A stretch of 63,727 bases of DNA, counting the filler, from Collodictyon triciliatum (lineage: Eukaryota): NCBI GenBank assembly GCA_043381765.1. It is 9 parts of 9 records of this genome, joined end to end, with 100 filler letters (N's around TTAATTAATTAA, not from the genome) between each part and the next. Parts side by side here need not be neighbours in the genome. Positions count along the whole stretch, not along the records: positions 1 to 7,691 come from JBHJMP010003787.1; positions 7,792 to 15,480 come from JBHJMP010003788.1; positions 15,581 to 21,872 come from JBHJMP010003790.1; 6 more parts are not named here. One strand, written 5' to 3'. How positions within the stretch are numbered: position 1 is the stretch's first letter; each line of letters opens with the position of its first letter. This document shows, one piece after another, positions 1-16,790 of this stretch. The position numbers and the translations under genes are program-made. Under the pieces are notes generated by a model. That model did no database searches. It worked only from the letters and a program-made list of their open reading frames with translations, and was not told the DNA's origin.

Positions 1-55
<55 letters not shown>

Positions 56-366
56 AACAACAAAAAAAACACAAAAACACAAAAAAACAAAGAAAAAACA
101 CAAAAAAACAAAGAAAAAACAAAAATGTAGGACGAGAAAAAATAAAAGTACCACAAACTTAGCACCAAAACTAGTGGTGTGCTTCAAGGACGCTAGTGTT
201 ATGCATAATAAAGATTTATTCTTTCCTTCCAATCGAACTTCATTCTGTTTTCACGGTTCTTTTTACACTGCCTTTTCATCTCCACTCGATAACAAGGGCA
301 AGCAGCTTGTCAGCGGACTACTTTTCAATAGGGAAAGGTGCAGCAGCTTGCAAAGTAGACACAAAC

Positions 367-1826
367 ATGACAGATTCACACGGTAAGTCTGCTCCATAGA
401 CTACAGTTTTTTTTACATTCGTGACTAGTAGCAGTTTGATCGGTGAGAAATCGAGACATTATATAGTGAAACACAAACAGAAATACCATTGTTTAAATGT
501 ATATTAACTTGAAGGAAGAAAACTTAATTCCATATTCGACTGTAATAGATAATCCAGATGTTATTGTCATCGGAGGCGGTATCTCCGGAATCGCCGCACT
601 CAAGGTTTCCTTCTTTTCCTTTTCCTACCTTTGTCTGCTAGCTGCTGTATCTTTTTTGTGGCAATTGAACTTCCCGGCCTTAATCCGATCCTTGTAGTGC
701 TCCTTAGAGGGCCAGTTGAAGACAATCCTCTTAGAAGGGAGCAATCGCCTCGGAGGCCTCTGGGCCTATAGCGAAACAGAGTACGGCGTGATGTCGTTTA
801 CCCATATCAATGTCAGGTTTGTTGATTGAAATCTCAACAAGTTGGCGATGAAAGGGTCTACACTTCATCATTTTGGAGTGTTCTGCATTGGTAAATAGAG
901 AAAAACACAGTTTCTATTAAACCTGATGGGCTACATGTTGTTTAGCAAGCAAAATTACTGTTTTTCGGACTTTCCTTTTGATGACGATGCGCCAGATTAT
1001 CCCCACCACTCTCACATGTGTGCCTACGTCAACAAATACGTGGATCATTTCGACTTGCGCAGGCAATTATCATATCCAAGAAAATGTCTCTTTTTTTCTA
1101 TTCGCATTGATAATCATTCATTACAATCCACAACACGATGGATTATGATATATTCATGGCATCAAAACTACTCTTGTTCATAGATTATGATTTTTTTTTT
1201 ATTGCATCCAGGCATGTCAAATTTTTCCATCGTGTTGAGTCGTTGAGCAAAGTCGGAGATAATTGGAAAGTTGTTACCCGCAACACACAGACCAACGAAG
1301 TTATCACTTATTATGCCAAAGGAGTGATGGTTTGTGGTGAAAATATAAAATCTGGACATGTATACTTTTTTTATAAAAAAAAACAACCAGTTATATTTTC
1401 CTTAATTTTTTTTATCTTATGAACACTAATTATGACAATATTCTGCAGGTATGTACGGGCCACCATGCTGCTCCTGTTTACGCTGATTTCCCAGGGCTTC
1501 GAGACAAATTCAAAGGAAAAGTTATGCATGCTGTGGATTTCAAAGATAACAAACATCCCTACGATGTCTATGGAAAAAAGGTATTTCCGGAGCAAAATTT
1601 TTAAGAAAAAATCATGCAATAATTCATATAACCTTCTGAATATATTCATTAAGAATAGGCTCGATGTCTTTCATTATTTTCTCAACATTTTCAATTTCCA
1701 TCATATCTGCATGGTCAATATCAGGTAGTTATTGTTGGTATTGGGAACTCTGCAGTTGATGCAGCTGTGAACTGTGCATTCACGGCTTCAGATGTAACCA
1801 TGAGGTTTATGCTTTTCTTCGCAACC

Positions 1827-1894
<68 letters not shown>

Positions 1895-4102
1895 AAAAGT
1901 AATTCCATCATCTACTTGAATTAAACTTAAAACTTAACCACGTTATTATTTGATTTTTACCTTAACCTTAGCACACGTTCTGGGGCCTGGATTATACCCA
2001 ACTATTTGTTTGGGTGACTAGATTATGTTCCATTTCTCCTAAAATTTCAAATTATGTATGGTTAGCCATTAGGGAAGTAATTATTACGAGAGTGTCAACT
2101 AATGCATTCACCGTATTAATAGACACCCAACAGACCACTATGCCAACCGATTCCTCTTTAAGATACTACCGCTCAAGTGGACTGGAATTATTTTTGAGAC
2201 TATCATACGTCTCATACAAGGTAATTTTTTTTATCTCTCTTTGCTCTTGACTCCCAAATCATATTTCTTTTAAAAATAATCATTGAAGCGCGTTGTCATC
2301 TTTTTCTTTTTGCCAAGGTGATATGAATAGACTTGGATTCAAGCCTACCATGGGCATCCTGGCCTCACAGGTAACTCAATACATTCATTTGTCGCTTTCT
2401 TTGAATAAAGTCAATAATTCATCCATATGTTGTCTCAATTTAGCCTACTGTGAGCTCGACACTTGTTCATCATGTCCAGCGAGGCACAATCAGGGTTAAC
2501 TTCCTTTTTAACATTTTCTGCTCCACATTAATCAAATGAATATTTTCAGTTAGCTGTTATTATTTCCTATTCCTATGGTTGTGAACGATTTGAATTCGAT
2601 GACAGATCAAACCCAACATCAATCATTTCGAAGAGAACGCTGTTGTTTTTACTGACGGTAGCAGAACCGCGGCCGATTTTGTTCTTCTTTGCACTGGGTA
2701 ACTAAAGCTCAATTTTCTATCATTTTCCAAATATTTGAACCCGACTCTTAAATGTCATCTCTTTTCATTTTCATTTATTCCAAATTATCGGGAAATTTAC
2801 TCTATGCGATGGTTCATTCGTCACAGATATCGCATCGATTTGCCATTTATCGATGAATCCACACGCCGTCTGTTTTTAGACCCTCGCACGAACTGCTTGA
2901 CCTTGTATAAGGTAAGTTGAAAATCGATATCAAAATAATATACATATGTATGATTTCTTTGTTTTGCTTTTGTTTTTTTTTAAGTTGTTGATTTGAATTG
3001 CATGCATTACAATCGAAGAATTAAACTATTATTATCACCGTTGTTGTCTATTATTGTGCAGAATGCCTTCTGTCCTGAAATTGGAAATTCTTTGGGATTC
3101 ATCGGATTCATACAACCCAGGTTCGAGAAATGAATCAGCCGTTTAGCAATCAATTAAGTTATCATAATATGACGACAACATATGCCTTTAAATATCATTA
3201 TCGCCTATATATAGCTCTGGAGGTGTTTTGAGTGTGTCCGAAATTCAGAGCAGATGGTTCGTTGAATTGTTGAAAGTAAGAATGTCGTACACTCATCAAA
3301 TTATCCCTTTAAATATTCATGTTCCGCCTTACATTATACAAGACGCAACATGGAATAATTGACATAACTAATTAAAAAAATATCACCCTAGAAACGCGCT
3401 ACTCTTCCGTCGCCATCTCAAATGAAAAAGGATATTGAGAGGTGACAGAACAATCCTGCATCATATATAAAACGCTTTCTATTACACTGCAAGTATGTAC
3501 TGATGTTTACACAAACGCCTACCCATTTAGCGATAACATCAAAGTATTTTCTCGATTCAAAAAGTCCCTCCGCCATACCATCCAGACCGATCCACTTCTA
3601 TATTGCGATGAGGTATATATGCATGCCCTATTGATATATGAATACGGTGCATTATCCCTTTTACATAAATGCATCGCGAATCACAATTGATATCATCTGA
3701 TTAAGCGACCTACACTTCACGTGGCAAACTGCCTCTAGATTTCGGCCATGATTGGCGCCTATCCTAGTATGTGGAGACACCCAACCATGGCTCTGCGATT
3801 AATATTTGGACTTGCAGTGCCCGCACAGTACCGATTAAGCGGACCAGGGGCTGTAAGAACGAATACTGCATGATACACACCTTAGCTATAATATGTATTG
3901 TGCAGTTGCTCTCTTCAATTCTTTCTCTAGCACCGAACTAGGGTACTAACCCCTTCTTGGCTCGTAGAAGCGTGAGTGCATGAAGATTGCAAAGAGCGCC
4001 CCAATGACTCCAATGAATCGCTTGTTTTCGTATCTGTTTGTCGCGATTCTTTTTGCCCTTGGATACTTCACCACGCAAGTCTCACGAAGACTCCTTCAAT
4101 AA
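367..4102 (+). CDS. Flavin-containing monooxygenase (FMO, class B), about 17 exons, complete
   Basis: Spliced exons give the FAD motif VIVIGGGISG, GGLW, YCFSDFPF, the FMO signature FKGKVMHAVDF, the NADPH motif IVGIGNSAVD, LCTGY, IGFIQP and PAQYRLSGPG, plus a C-terminal hydrophobic anchor. ATG at 367, TAA at 4100-4102. Confidence 0.93.
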
Positions 4103-4716
4103 AGTACCGACCAACTTTTTTTCGGGTCGCACCACTTTCTCAAAGCCCACGAGTATAATTGAGACTGTAATGTAGAGAGAAGGTGAGTGCAGACGGTAAA
4201 GGGTTTGATAACTTTGTGAATGGTCTCCTTGGTTTGGTTATACGAGAGAAACGCCTTGCATGAAAACCTGGCGTTCTTGGAAAGTCTGCATCTGCTTTCG
4301 TGTTTCCAGAAAAAAAAACCTCCGCTTTGACTGTCAGAGATAATCTTTTATGGAATTTTTTTTTCTTGGTCTTTTCATTTTGATCGTTCTCGTTCTACAG
4401 TTATTGTATCGTAGGCGTACTCAGCGAAATGGAAAAGAAAAGCAATATCGAGCATTCAATGCGTTGGTATTGAAACGATAGTTTAAGGCCTTCGCTTCAT
4501 TTACCCGTCATGATACTACTCTCATTCCTTCCCAAACGAACACTGGTGCCTGGGACTATAAAGCTGTGCTTTTTTTTTTCCGTCTGGTTCTCTTTTATCC
4601 GCCAAAGTGCGAGGGTATCAGAAGTTCTTGAGCAAGGATTATTCTCTTTGCATGTCACTCATGAATTGCTGCGACAAAGTCTGTGTAGAAAGAACCCGTC
4701 TAGTTTGAGCTTCGCA

Positions 4717-7458
<2,742 letters not shown>

Positions 7459-7596
7459 GTAATTATTTATAAAAAAATTAAAACGAAATGAAATATTTAC
7501 TTGATGCATAATATCATTAAATCGGTTAAAAATAACGTTACTTATTATCACACATATTTATTATTATTATTATAATTATTATTCTTATTCCTATTC

Positions 7597-7691
<95 letters not shown>

Positions 7692-7791
7692 NNNNNNNNN
7701 NNNNNNNNNNNNNNNNNNNNNNNNNNNNNNNNNNNTTAATTAATTAANNNNNNNNNNNNNNNNNNNNNNNNNNNNNNNNNNNNNNNNNNNN
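7692..7791. other. Artificial contig linker N44-TTAATTAATTAA-N44; also at 15481, 21873, 29649, 37422, 45191, 52959 and 60727
   Basis: Eight identical 100-nt spacers with stop codons in all six frames. Confidence 0.98.
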
Positions 7792-8066
7792 TGCAGCTGG
7801 GCTGGTGAGATGAGGAGCAGGTTGGCAATCAGCTGTGGATGCAGTTGCTTGGTTCTGGATGTACTTGTTTGAGGTAGTTGTCTCCGCGGTATGCTGTGGA
7901 TATCCTGGTTCATCGAGGTGGCGCGATGAACTGATGCGCTCCGTGGTCGCCTTTGGTTTGTGAGACGTGTGTGTTTGGATGGAGACCTTCGAGTGGGTAA
8001 TGCAAAAAAATGCAAGGATTCGTGTTGCAGTGGTCAGAATGGCAGGAGGGCTATTACTGCTAATAA

Positions 8067-8986
8067 ATGATGAAGTTTACATTACCGACCGTATTATGCT
8101 TCTCGCTTATGATAGTAATCGGTGTAATCCACGACCCGTCGAAGGCTTCAAAAGCAGCAGCCAGTTCTTCTGGTTCCAATGCTGGTGCGGAAAAACACCT
8201 TAGTTGCACGTAAGTCCAGGAAGACCCGCGCAAGGAAGCCGCCTGCAAGTCTGTCTAATCGGAAAGTATTCTTTCAATGTGTCGAGCAAGCAGTTTACAA
8301 CAAGAACAAGGCCCGCAGACTCACAGATGCGCTCGCCTCCTTCTTGAAAGCGAACAAACTTTGGGAAGAGTCCATCCAGTTGCGCTTACCGGACAGCGAA
8401 GGCCTTTGCCTGATCGCCTTCCACACTGCAGAAAACGCCCGAAAGCTTCTGGAACTGAAGCAGGTAAGTTTGAGCGATATTGTGAGCAGCTTCAGCAGAA
8501 GTAAACCAACAGAGACCTCGTTGATGCTCTACCAACTACCGCTGGACGTGTGGCTGCAACTCTTTCGTGAGGAGCTGAAGCCGTTCAGACCGACCCACGT
8601 GGATATCAAAAAGGACAAAGGCTTTTTCACAGACACGGCCGTGGTGAAGCTTCTTTGTCACAAAAACCAGCTCCTTGCAAACTTTACGGTCATGGGTAAA
8701 AAGTATCCCAAGCGCTATCCCCAAAGAGCGTCCGCCACTCGCAAACAACGAACGACGAGTAAAAGCCCCGCAAAAGAATACACCCGCCAAGCAGACAAGC
8801 AGCAACGAGGTCAAGGAAGCTAAGGCCAGGCAACAACTGAGCCCGCAAGACTCACAGCAGATACGCGCATGCAGCGACAGCGAAGACGACATGGAAGGAA
8901 ATCTCGGTTCCTCTTCAGAATCGTCGCACTTGAGCCCTTCATCGCCAACACCGGACAAGCTCGCACATCGCAAGACCCAGGAGTAA
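8067..8986 (+). mobile_element. Degenerate copy A of a repeated ORF1/gag-like element (frameshifted, 3'-truncated)
   Basis: About 8165-8983 aligns closely at DNA level with about 57057-57873. Frameshifts near 8195 and about 8720, and a stop (GAGTAA) where copy B continues. Confidence 0.7.
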
Positions 8987-9548
8987 GGCATCCTTTTTTT
9001 TTTCTTTTTTCTTTTTCGCGAATTCAGACACAAAGTAGCCGTTTTGGAGCTCAGCCATTGGGATAACTTGACAGAACACATCCTCCTTATTTCATCGCGT
9101 CTGGCGAAACGCAAATTCCGCAACCACAATCCGAATGCCTACATATATCGTCCACGGACTTTTTTCTATATTTTGGCCAGGCTACAGATGCCCTGGATTC
9201 GTACTGCATTAAGCCTTGAGAGTACACGGAAACACTTGAAACTTTGGTTATTATTGTTATTAGTTTCGGTAGGCTGGTCGTTTGCCTTCATCGAACCCTT
9301 CACCACCCAAACGAAAAAGGCGCCCGGTTTACCGAATCAAGAGAATGCAATACCCGATTTATTCGGAGTCATGAGATAATCATTCATAATTTCTATTTAA
9401 GGGAGATCCTATTGAACCGATGAGGTGGGGGGTTTTTTTTTTGAATGCACAACGGCTCAACAACACCAGCTTTCCATCGTTCTTGCAGGCATTTTCTGTT
9501 TTTGTCTGCTTTATGGGGAAAATATGATTCGCAACAGTAATTTTGGAG

Positions 9549-12500
9549 TCAGTCGTCATCGTTATCGTCGTCGTTAAACATCTGACCACGACCAGGCGCA
9601 TGCATCCACGGAAGGAGCGACGAAAGGAATAAACGAAGTGGATTCTCTGTCATGTCCTGTTGCAAGTTGTTTTTTTTTCGAGGATACATTCCAATTAGAA
9701 AACGACTTGGACTGGAGGGAATAGAGAACACGAAAAAAAAAACGGAAAAAGAAGAAAAAAAGAAGAAAAAAAGAAGAAAAAAAGAAGAAAAAAAGAAGAA
9801 AAAAAGAAGAAAAAAAGAAAATTACAAGAATATTCCGTGGGTCATCTTGGGGTAGTTCAGCCGGTCCACCTGCGTGCAAGTGTTCGGCTGGGATTGTTGC
9901 TTGGTTATCAGAGAAATCTAAGATTGAAATATATGGGGGGTCATCAATAAATAGCATGTTTGAATCCAGTTATTAACCAAGGCGCTAAAGTTCTCCAACA
10001 AAAGTCAGGTAAATATCATACTCTGCGATATTGACTTGATTGTAGTCGAGTTTAACATTATTATGTATGAATGATTAATTTTTTTTTAAAGATTTGAAAT
10101 TTAAATATAAAAGTCACACACATGTAAAAAAGAAGGATGAATGCAAGAATGAGGAGTGAAAATGGAAAATAAGATAAATTATATCAGAAAGATGTACCGG
10201 CAACGGATACACGACGATATAATGTTTGGAGGAGTTGGTCTGATTTGAACCTTGATGCTTTTTCCTAGAATGTAAGGAAATAAATTATATAACACCGAAA
10301 GGGTTGCCAAACTCTTTGTTCTGTGGGAATACACACATGCCCCGGTCATAAACCAATCAAGTTGTGCAAATCCAAAATAACATCACTTGATGGTGTTGAT
10401 AGGTTGATGTGAATTACTTGGCATTCCTTTGCGATAGGTTGATTTTCATCAAACGCCTTTATGCTGTTTTTCACTGCCTCTTTCAAGAAATCTTGACACT
10501 GATTTATGATAGACATCATTACTATTATTTTAAAAAAAAATCACTCGTATGTGCCTTTAATCTCCTAAATGAATTGTATTTTGCGAGCTCGCTTTATCTT
10601 TTCAATATCAGTTCAAGAAATATTTGATTTCGTGAGAGCACCAATATGTCATCTTCATATGATGTTGAATACCCCATCGGCTTTCCACATCGTGTGTCCA
10701 CGTTCCACAAAAACATCAATCAATGTTTTCAACAGTTCAGGTGGGGATGACCTGAAAAGACTGTATAGGAAATAAGATTATGGCGAATTCATTTACAGGA
10801 ACCAGTGATGGTCATGAGGACGGGTAATTTGGAGAAGTATACGGTCGAATAGGAAGAAAGAGGCATTGAAGTTGGTAACCTATGCGTAACCAAATCTTTC
10901 CAGGCAATACCATCACGCCCTCGGATGGATTGATTTGTGTTCCCTTTTTGAAGAATTTCAAGGACAACCTAGTAAAAGTTCGTTTAAGACCTTTAATCCC
11001 TTTGCCGAATGATACTTTTTCCATTTCTTTGCTAAAAAAAAAAAATCACGATAATGTCTTAGAGAAAAAATTGACTTCAGAACAGCACATTCGGGAAAAA
11101 AAAAAAGGTACATTGCCCAGGATAAAAAAATTATCAAAAATTAATGTATAGAAATTATATTGGTTAAATTCTATTCACAAAACGGTCATAGATAGACTGC
11201 TTCATACCCATGGAAATGTCAAAACAGCTTCTGTTATTAGTTGCGCAGCAGACTTATTTGCTATGGTGGTCGGTGGCTCTAAACGGTAAGGTAATGGTCA
11301 TTATTATTTTATCACATTCAACTAAAGTTCAGTACACTTTAAATTGAAACAACCTCAATTTCTACAAACAACATGAATTATATAGGAACAGGAAAAAGAA
11401 ACTACGATTTTTGCTGGATGATTCTTCCTGAAAACGTAGGTTACATATGTTGGTTGACAAGGAATGAAATGAGCATGTATTAAAGTTGCAGCCTCATGCA
11501 CTGTGGAAAGATTGTTTTCATGCAATAACGAATGTAATTACAAATGGTGAGGAAATATGAAGTAGAGATTTAAAACCAACCGATGTTTGCCAAAGGTGCA
11601 AAGCCAGTGGTATTGTGTAGCTAAAGTTTGGCAGATACTCTATCCAACCGCCATATTCGTCATAGATGCGAAATAGATATGCATATTCGCGGCATCGAAT
11701 CGAATAGTAATCGATACACAAAAGAATTTTACAGGGGTCCCGCTCAGGGTCGAGACTGAGAATGAATTTACAAAACTCTAACGTGGTTCTGACACATCCT
11801 TTTCTCCCCAATACTTGCATGTGTCGGAATATGCAGTTCAAGAATAGCCTACAATTTTTGTAGCCAAAAGAAATGCATGGTTCAGCGAAGGACATGATGT
11901 ATAAACATAAGCGATTCGTTTATTATTCTGGAATACTTTTGATAAACACACATATGTTGCAATAATACGGTTAATAGTTCTTTGATATAAAGTGTCCTAT
12001 TTTCTTCTTCTTTTTGTGAAACCATAATATTCACTCGTTCTCTGGCTTTGAAAAGTCCATCCGACAGTTTCCAATGTACGGGTTGAAGCTTGGAAGAAAG
12101 GCACACTCCCAAGCATATATTGCCATTTCTAGTAAGTATTATCAAACAAATAAGCAGGAAATTACACATGGATTTTGTATTTTTCTTTATTTTTTTATTT
12201 TTTTTATTTTTTTATTTTTTTTGGAGATTGCCTTATCAATCAATAGAAAGTTATGGTATAAAAGATAAAACAGGTGTATGAAGTTGGATGCTGTGGTCTT
12301 TTGAGCAAACCTAATAGCTCGGCTGATTGCACCATGTCCCCAGAGAGGCGGAAATACTCACTCAAGTTATAGAGGCCATTGATTTGGTACCTATTTGACA
12401 AATAGAAAATATTAAGTACAATTCTATGATGTTCGTTTACTCAGATGTGGAAATAAAAATTTTTTAAAATAAAAAACATTAAAAATGTGAAGAAATAAAT

Positions 12501-14928
12501 CGATGGCTGTAATTAAAGGAAGACTCCAATTGTTCCTCGCACACAATATTTTCTAAAAGAATGATTTTTAACCCACGGAAAAGTTTGAATCAAATGGATG
12601 AGACGATTCGGGTCGTACGACATTCGGCAAGCTTGAAAATGTTGCTCGCTGACCATGTACTCCTTTGTGTATATGAACTGATACCAGGTGGCACCTATAG
12701 ATATCAAATTTCATAAGAAGACAACAGAACGAATCAGAGTTCTGTGGTTAAAAGATTAGATAAAAATATATTGACTTTATTTTCATTATTATTTTTAAAG
12801 TAATACCATTCTCAGATTTTGTCGCCTCCATTCTAAGTTATTGACGAGAAAAAATTTTTATTAACAAAATGAAACTGTAACTACTTCTTTTTTTAATAGC
12901 TTCTTAATAGCCGGTAACTAGACGAATACGAGGGAAAAGAATAAGGCGGTCCATATTTGTCAATAAATGGCTGCAAAGGCTTGATAAAAAGAAGAAAATT
13001 CTGCACTGACTTTATGCCACCGGTCCATTTGGGCCAAATTGCTGAGGGATGCACCAGAGTGCATTTCTTATGAGTGACAGCAGGCAGATGATGATATCTA
13101 AAATTCTTAGAGTTACTCATCCAATTATTATTGCTATTATAAACTTTTTATATCGGTACTCCCACTCTGACTAAATAGCGAGGCACCATTTTTAAAAAAG
13201 AAAAGAAAGAGAAAAAGTTTGTCAGGTTATGCCGAGTACTTTTCAGGTTTCCCCACAATGAAAGTAAATAAATGAATAAAAGCGTATTGAACAAACCCTT
13301 CTCTTTGAGTTTTCCGCTTCATTTCGTTCTTCACCTGTCGAAGGTAACATAATGAGTCAAATAAACCAGTGTCATACGACTACAAAGCCTCTTTTTTCCC
13401 CTCTTTTTTCATTTGAAAATACGTACAACAGAGGCTCCAAACATTCTCTTCATTTCACTCTGGTAATTAAATCGCCGTTTTTCTGTCTGCAGTAAGTGGA
13501 TGGGGTTCTCTTCGACTGCCTGAGTCTCAAATTGACTGGTAATATTTTTTTGTTAGGTCTTTACACTGAAGTGAGACTGCTATGTGCGATTATTTTGTTC
13601 GAAAATAATACAAAATAAAACAAATAAAACTAATAGAATAAAATAATAACGATATGAACTCGACACGTAGCGCTATTATTTTGCTTATAGATGCTTTTCA
13701 TGAACTTCTTGTGAACAAATAATCTGCAGATTTTTCTTGGTGTAATTTCAACAGCACTTTCCTTGATTTAACAATAATCACCTTATCAATTCATCAAAAT
13801 CCTCCTCCTCCGTTTTCTTGGCGTTTCGTTTCTGCTTGGGCGTTCCGTTTGCAGCCATCTGCCTATCCTTTGCTTTCCCTTTGGATTTTTTAGGCTTTGT
13901 GCTTTTATCTTGAATCTGATTTGCCTATTCACATAAAGGTTGAAACAAACACCACTTTGCAAATAAAAAAATAACATAATTTTCATGAAATAGACGCAAA
14001 GAATTGGAGATGTACTTGCTATACATTTGATGTAAAAAGAAAAAACAATTCACTTTTGATTTTCCTCTTGTAGGTGTGACTTCACTTTCGACGACTTCCT
14101 CCTCATCCTTTCTTTCTCCTTCCTCTTCGTCGTCATCATCACCATCGCCTTGGAGCTGCAAAATGACAGACAATATGAAACAAAAGTAAATAACATAAAC
14201 TACCCATTACGCAAGAGATTGTTTTGGCTTGTGGAAAGCGATTCGTGTTGAAGAAAAATGAAAGAAAATGAAAGAAAATGAAAGAAAATGAAAGAAAATG
14301 AAAGAAAATGAAAGAAAATGAAAGAAAATGAAAGAAAATGAAAGAAAATGAAAGAAAATGAAAGAATAATGGAAGAAAAAGAAGAGAAAAGAAAATGAAT
14401 GAAAACGAAGAATATAATAAAACTATGTAAGAAACAATGATAAGGAAAAGAGAAGTTACCGACCAGAGCAAATAAGTTTGCTGTCTTGATTCTTGCAGCA
14501 GGCGCTCTCTCTTTCTCTTTCTCTTTCTCTTCTTCTTCCTCTTCTTCCTCCTCCACAGCCTCCTCAGCCCTGTGATCAGACCCAGCTCCTTCATCATCTT
14601 CCTCCTTGCTGGCAACGACGCCGTCCTCTGTGATCAAAAAACGCGGTTGGTCCAAAGCTTCTGCACTTCGAACAGACTTTCCCTTTGCAGAGGTGACGAA
14701 GCCTTCTTCAGGCCCGGACTCGTTCTCAGGCTCTGTTTGTGCTGCGTGCTTGACCGTCTTTGCCGCTTTCTGCTCTGGAAGCACAATCACTTTGCGGCCG
14801 GCCTGCGTCTTCTTTGCGCCATTCTTCTGCCCGGCTGCCCCTTTTGAAGCCGACTGGGAGACTGCGCCTGACTCGCTCAGCTGCTCTTGCTGGAGCTGCT
14901 CCAGTTTGCGGAGATGGCGAAGCGACAT
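9549..14928 (-). CDS. TCF25: TCF25/Nulp1/Rqc1 ribosome quality-control factor, multi-exon
   Basis: N-terminus MSLRHLRKL with an acidic region and NLFAL. Core GRKGCVRTTLEFCKFILSLDPERDPCKILLCIDYYSIR and YLPNFSYTIPLA. C-terminal NPLRLFLSSLLPW, TGA at 9549-9551. Confidence 0.88.
14253..14365. repeat. (GAAAATGAAA)n 10-mer tandem in a TCF25 intron
   Basis: Seen directly. Confidence 0.9.
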
Positions 14929-15337
14929 GGGTTTGCTTTTGCTCTTTGTCCTGTTGGGGTTTTCTTTTCTTTGTTTTTTTCAGTTTTTTTTCTCACGCGT
15001 TGATAAAGTCTTGAGCGAGAAGAAGGTGCGCTTGTGGTGGTTTCTCTGAGAGGCTTGCTCGAGTCCACTTTCCTTGCTGCTTGTGAGTCGAGTGTCGCTC
15101 TTTGTTTTCTGTTCTTCTGTGCCTTTTCCTGTCTCTTTTCTATCCTTCACTTTTCGCTTATTGTTACATATATGCGTTTGGTCTCCCAGAGAGATGCATC
15201 GATTCCTGGTTTGTTCCTGAGTGTTGATGTCTTTCGTTTCGACTCGTTTCGCGATTCATTCCCACTCCAGAAAGTTACCGCCGCTACCATTGTCTGGTTT
15301 AACTTGATTTCACTCTTGTTTTCTTCTCTAGTATTCT

Positions 15338-15480
15338 CTGTTTGTTTGTTTGTTTGTTTGTTTGTTTGTTTGTTTGTTTGTTTGTTTGTTTGTTTGTTTG
15401 TTTGTTTGTTTGTTTGTTTGTTTGTTTGTTTGTTTGTTTGTTTGTTTTGTTTTGTTTTGTTTTGTTTTGTTTTGTTTGTT
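15338..15480. repeat. (TTTG)n microsatellite; related tracts at about 26508-26690 and 31257-31335
   Basis: Seen directly. Confidence 0.92.
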
Positions 15481-15589
15481 NNNNNNNNNNNNNNNNNNNN
15501 NNNNNNNNNNNNNNNNNNNNNNNNTTAATTAATTAANNNNNNNNNNNNNNNNNNNNNNNNNNNNNNNNNNNNNNNNNNNNATCTTTCAG

Positions 15590-16353
15590 GAAACGGAGTC
15601 CCTGTGAACGAGGCGTACGCAATCGCCCTCCTGTCAAAGTCTGTGCAGTACGGAAACAACGAGTCGCTCATCCACCTGGGCTGGTGCCATGAGAACGGAC
15701 GCGGGCTTCCTCGCGACGCAGGCCTTGCGGTGCAATGCTACAGACAGGCGCTGGACCTGGGCGAACGCCGCGCGGCGCTCTTCCTGTCAGCCTGCTTCCA
15801 AAGCGGCCTCGGCGTGGCCAAGAGCGAGCAGCAGGCCTTCAAGCTCCTGGAGATTGCAGGGCAGGACGGCGACCCGGCAGCCCTGGACCGGCTCGGCTGG
15901 TGCCTCGAGAACGGGCTTGGCGTCGACAAGGACGAGGAGCGTGCCTTCCAGCTCTACAAACGCGCGGCCGATGCCGGGCACACGTCTGCGCAGGTGACTG
16001 TGGCGCTCTTCTACCGCCGCGGGACGGGCGTCGACGCAAACACGCAGCAGTCCTTCCACTACATCCGCCTTGCCGCCGAAGCCCGCCACCCGCAGGCCAT
16101 GACCTCTCTCGGGCTCTTCTACAAGAAGGGCAAGTATGTTGCGCAGGACTACCAGAAGGCCGCAGACCTCTTCCGCGCCGCCGCAGAAGCAGGCGATGCG
16201 CACGGCATGCACAACTACGCCCTCTGCCTCGAAACAGGATGCGGGGTGGCCCAGAGCCTTGGCGATGCCTTGAGGCTCTACCAGAGGGCCCGCGCCGCCG
16301 GACTCGACAAGGCCGACGAGGACATCGCGCGTGTGAAGATGGCCGTTGCGTGA
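15590..16353 (+). CDS. Sel1-like repeat protein, last exon; 5' part missing at contig start
   Basis: About 6-7 Sel1 repeats (LGWCHENGRG, LGWCLENGLGVDKDEERAFQLYKRAAD, YALCLETGCGV). A TTTCAG acceptor at 15584-15589 precedes the exon. GC-rich. Confidence 0.9.
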
Positions 16354-16790
16354 GGCCGGCCTTCAGTCGGGCTTATTCATTATCAGCTGCTCCATAAATC
16401 TATCCTTCATTTCTTTTTCGTTCGCGCTGCTCCGTACGTAGGCTGTGTGGTCATGTTATATTTGGTATCTTTACGCTCATTTTTTGATCTTGATTTTGAT
16501 TTTGATCTGCACGCTTGTGCTTTGCAACGGCCTGTGTTGTGTGTAGCGAGGGACGCAGGTTCGGCTTATCCCTTGCACAAGAGTCTTCCACTCTTTTTTT
16601 TTCTTTCTTTCTTTCTTTTTTCTTTTTCTCTTTCTTTCTTTTTCTCTTTCTTTCTTTCCTCTGAGTGGACTCTTTTCGATTTTTTTTTCGCTGCCAGTAT
16701 TTCCTTCATTTGTGACATTCCATTCCTGTATCTGTTGGCGTGGCCTCTGCAAGTCTAAAAGGGCGATGCAGATAGAAGAGCTGCTCTGTG

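Noticed and set aside
7736-7747. Recurring TTAATTAATTAA palindrome
   Set aside because: Always centred in N44 flanks; an assembly linker, not biology.
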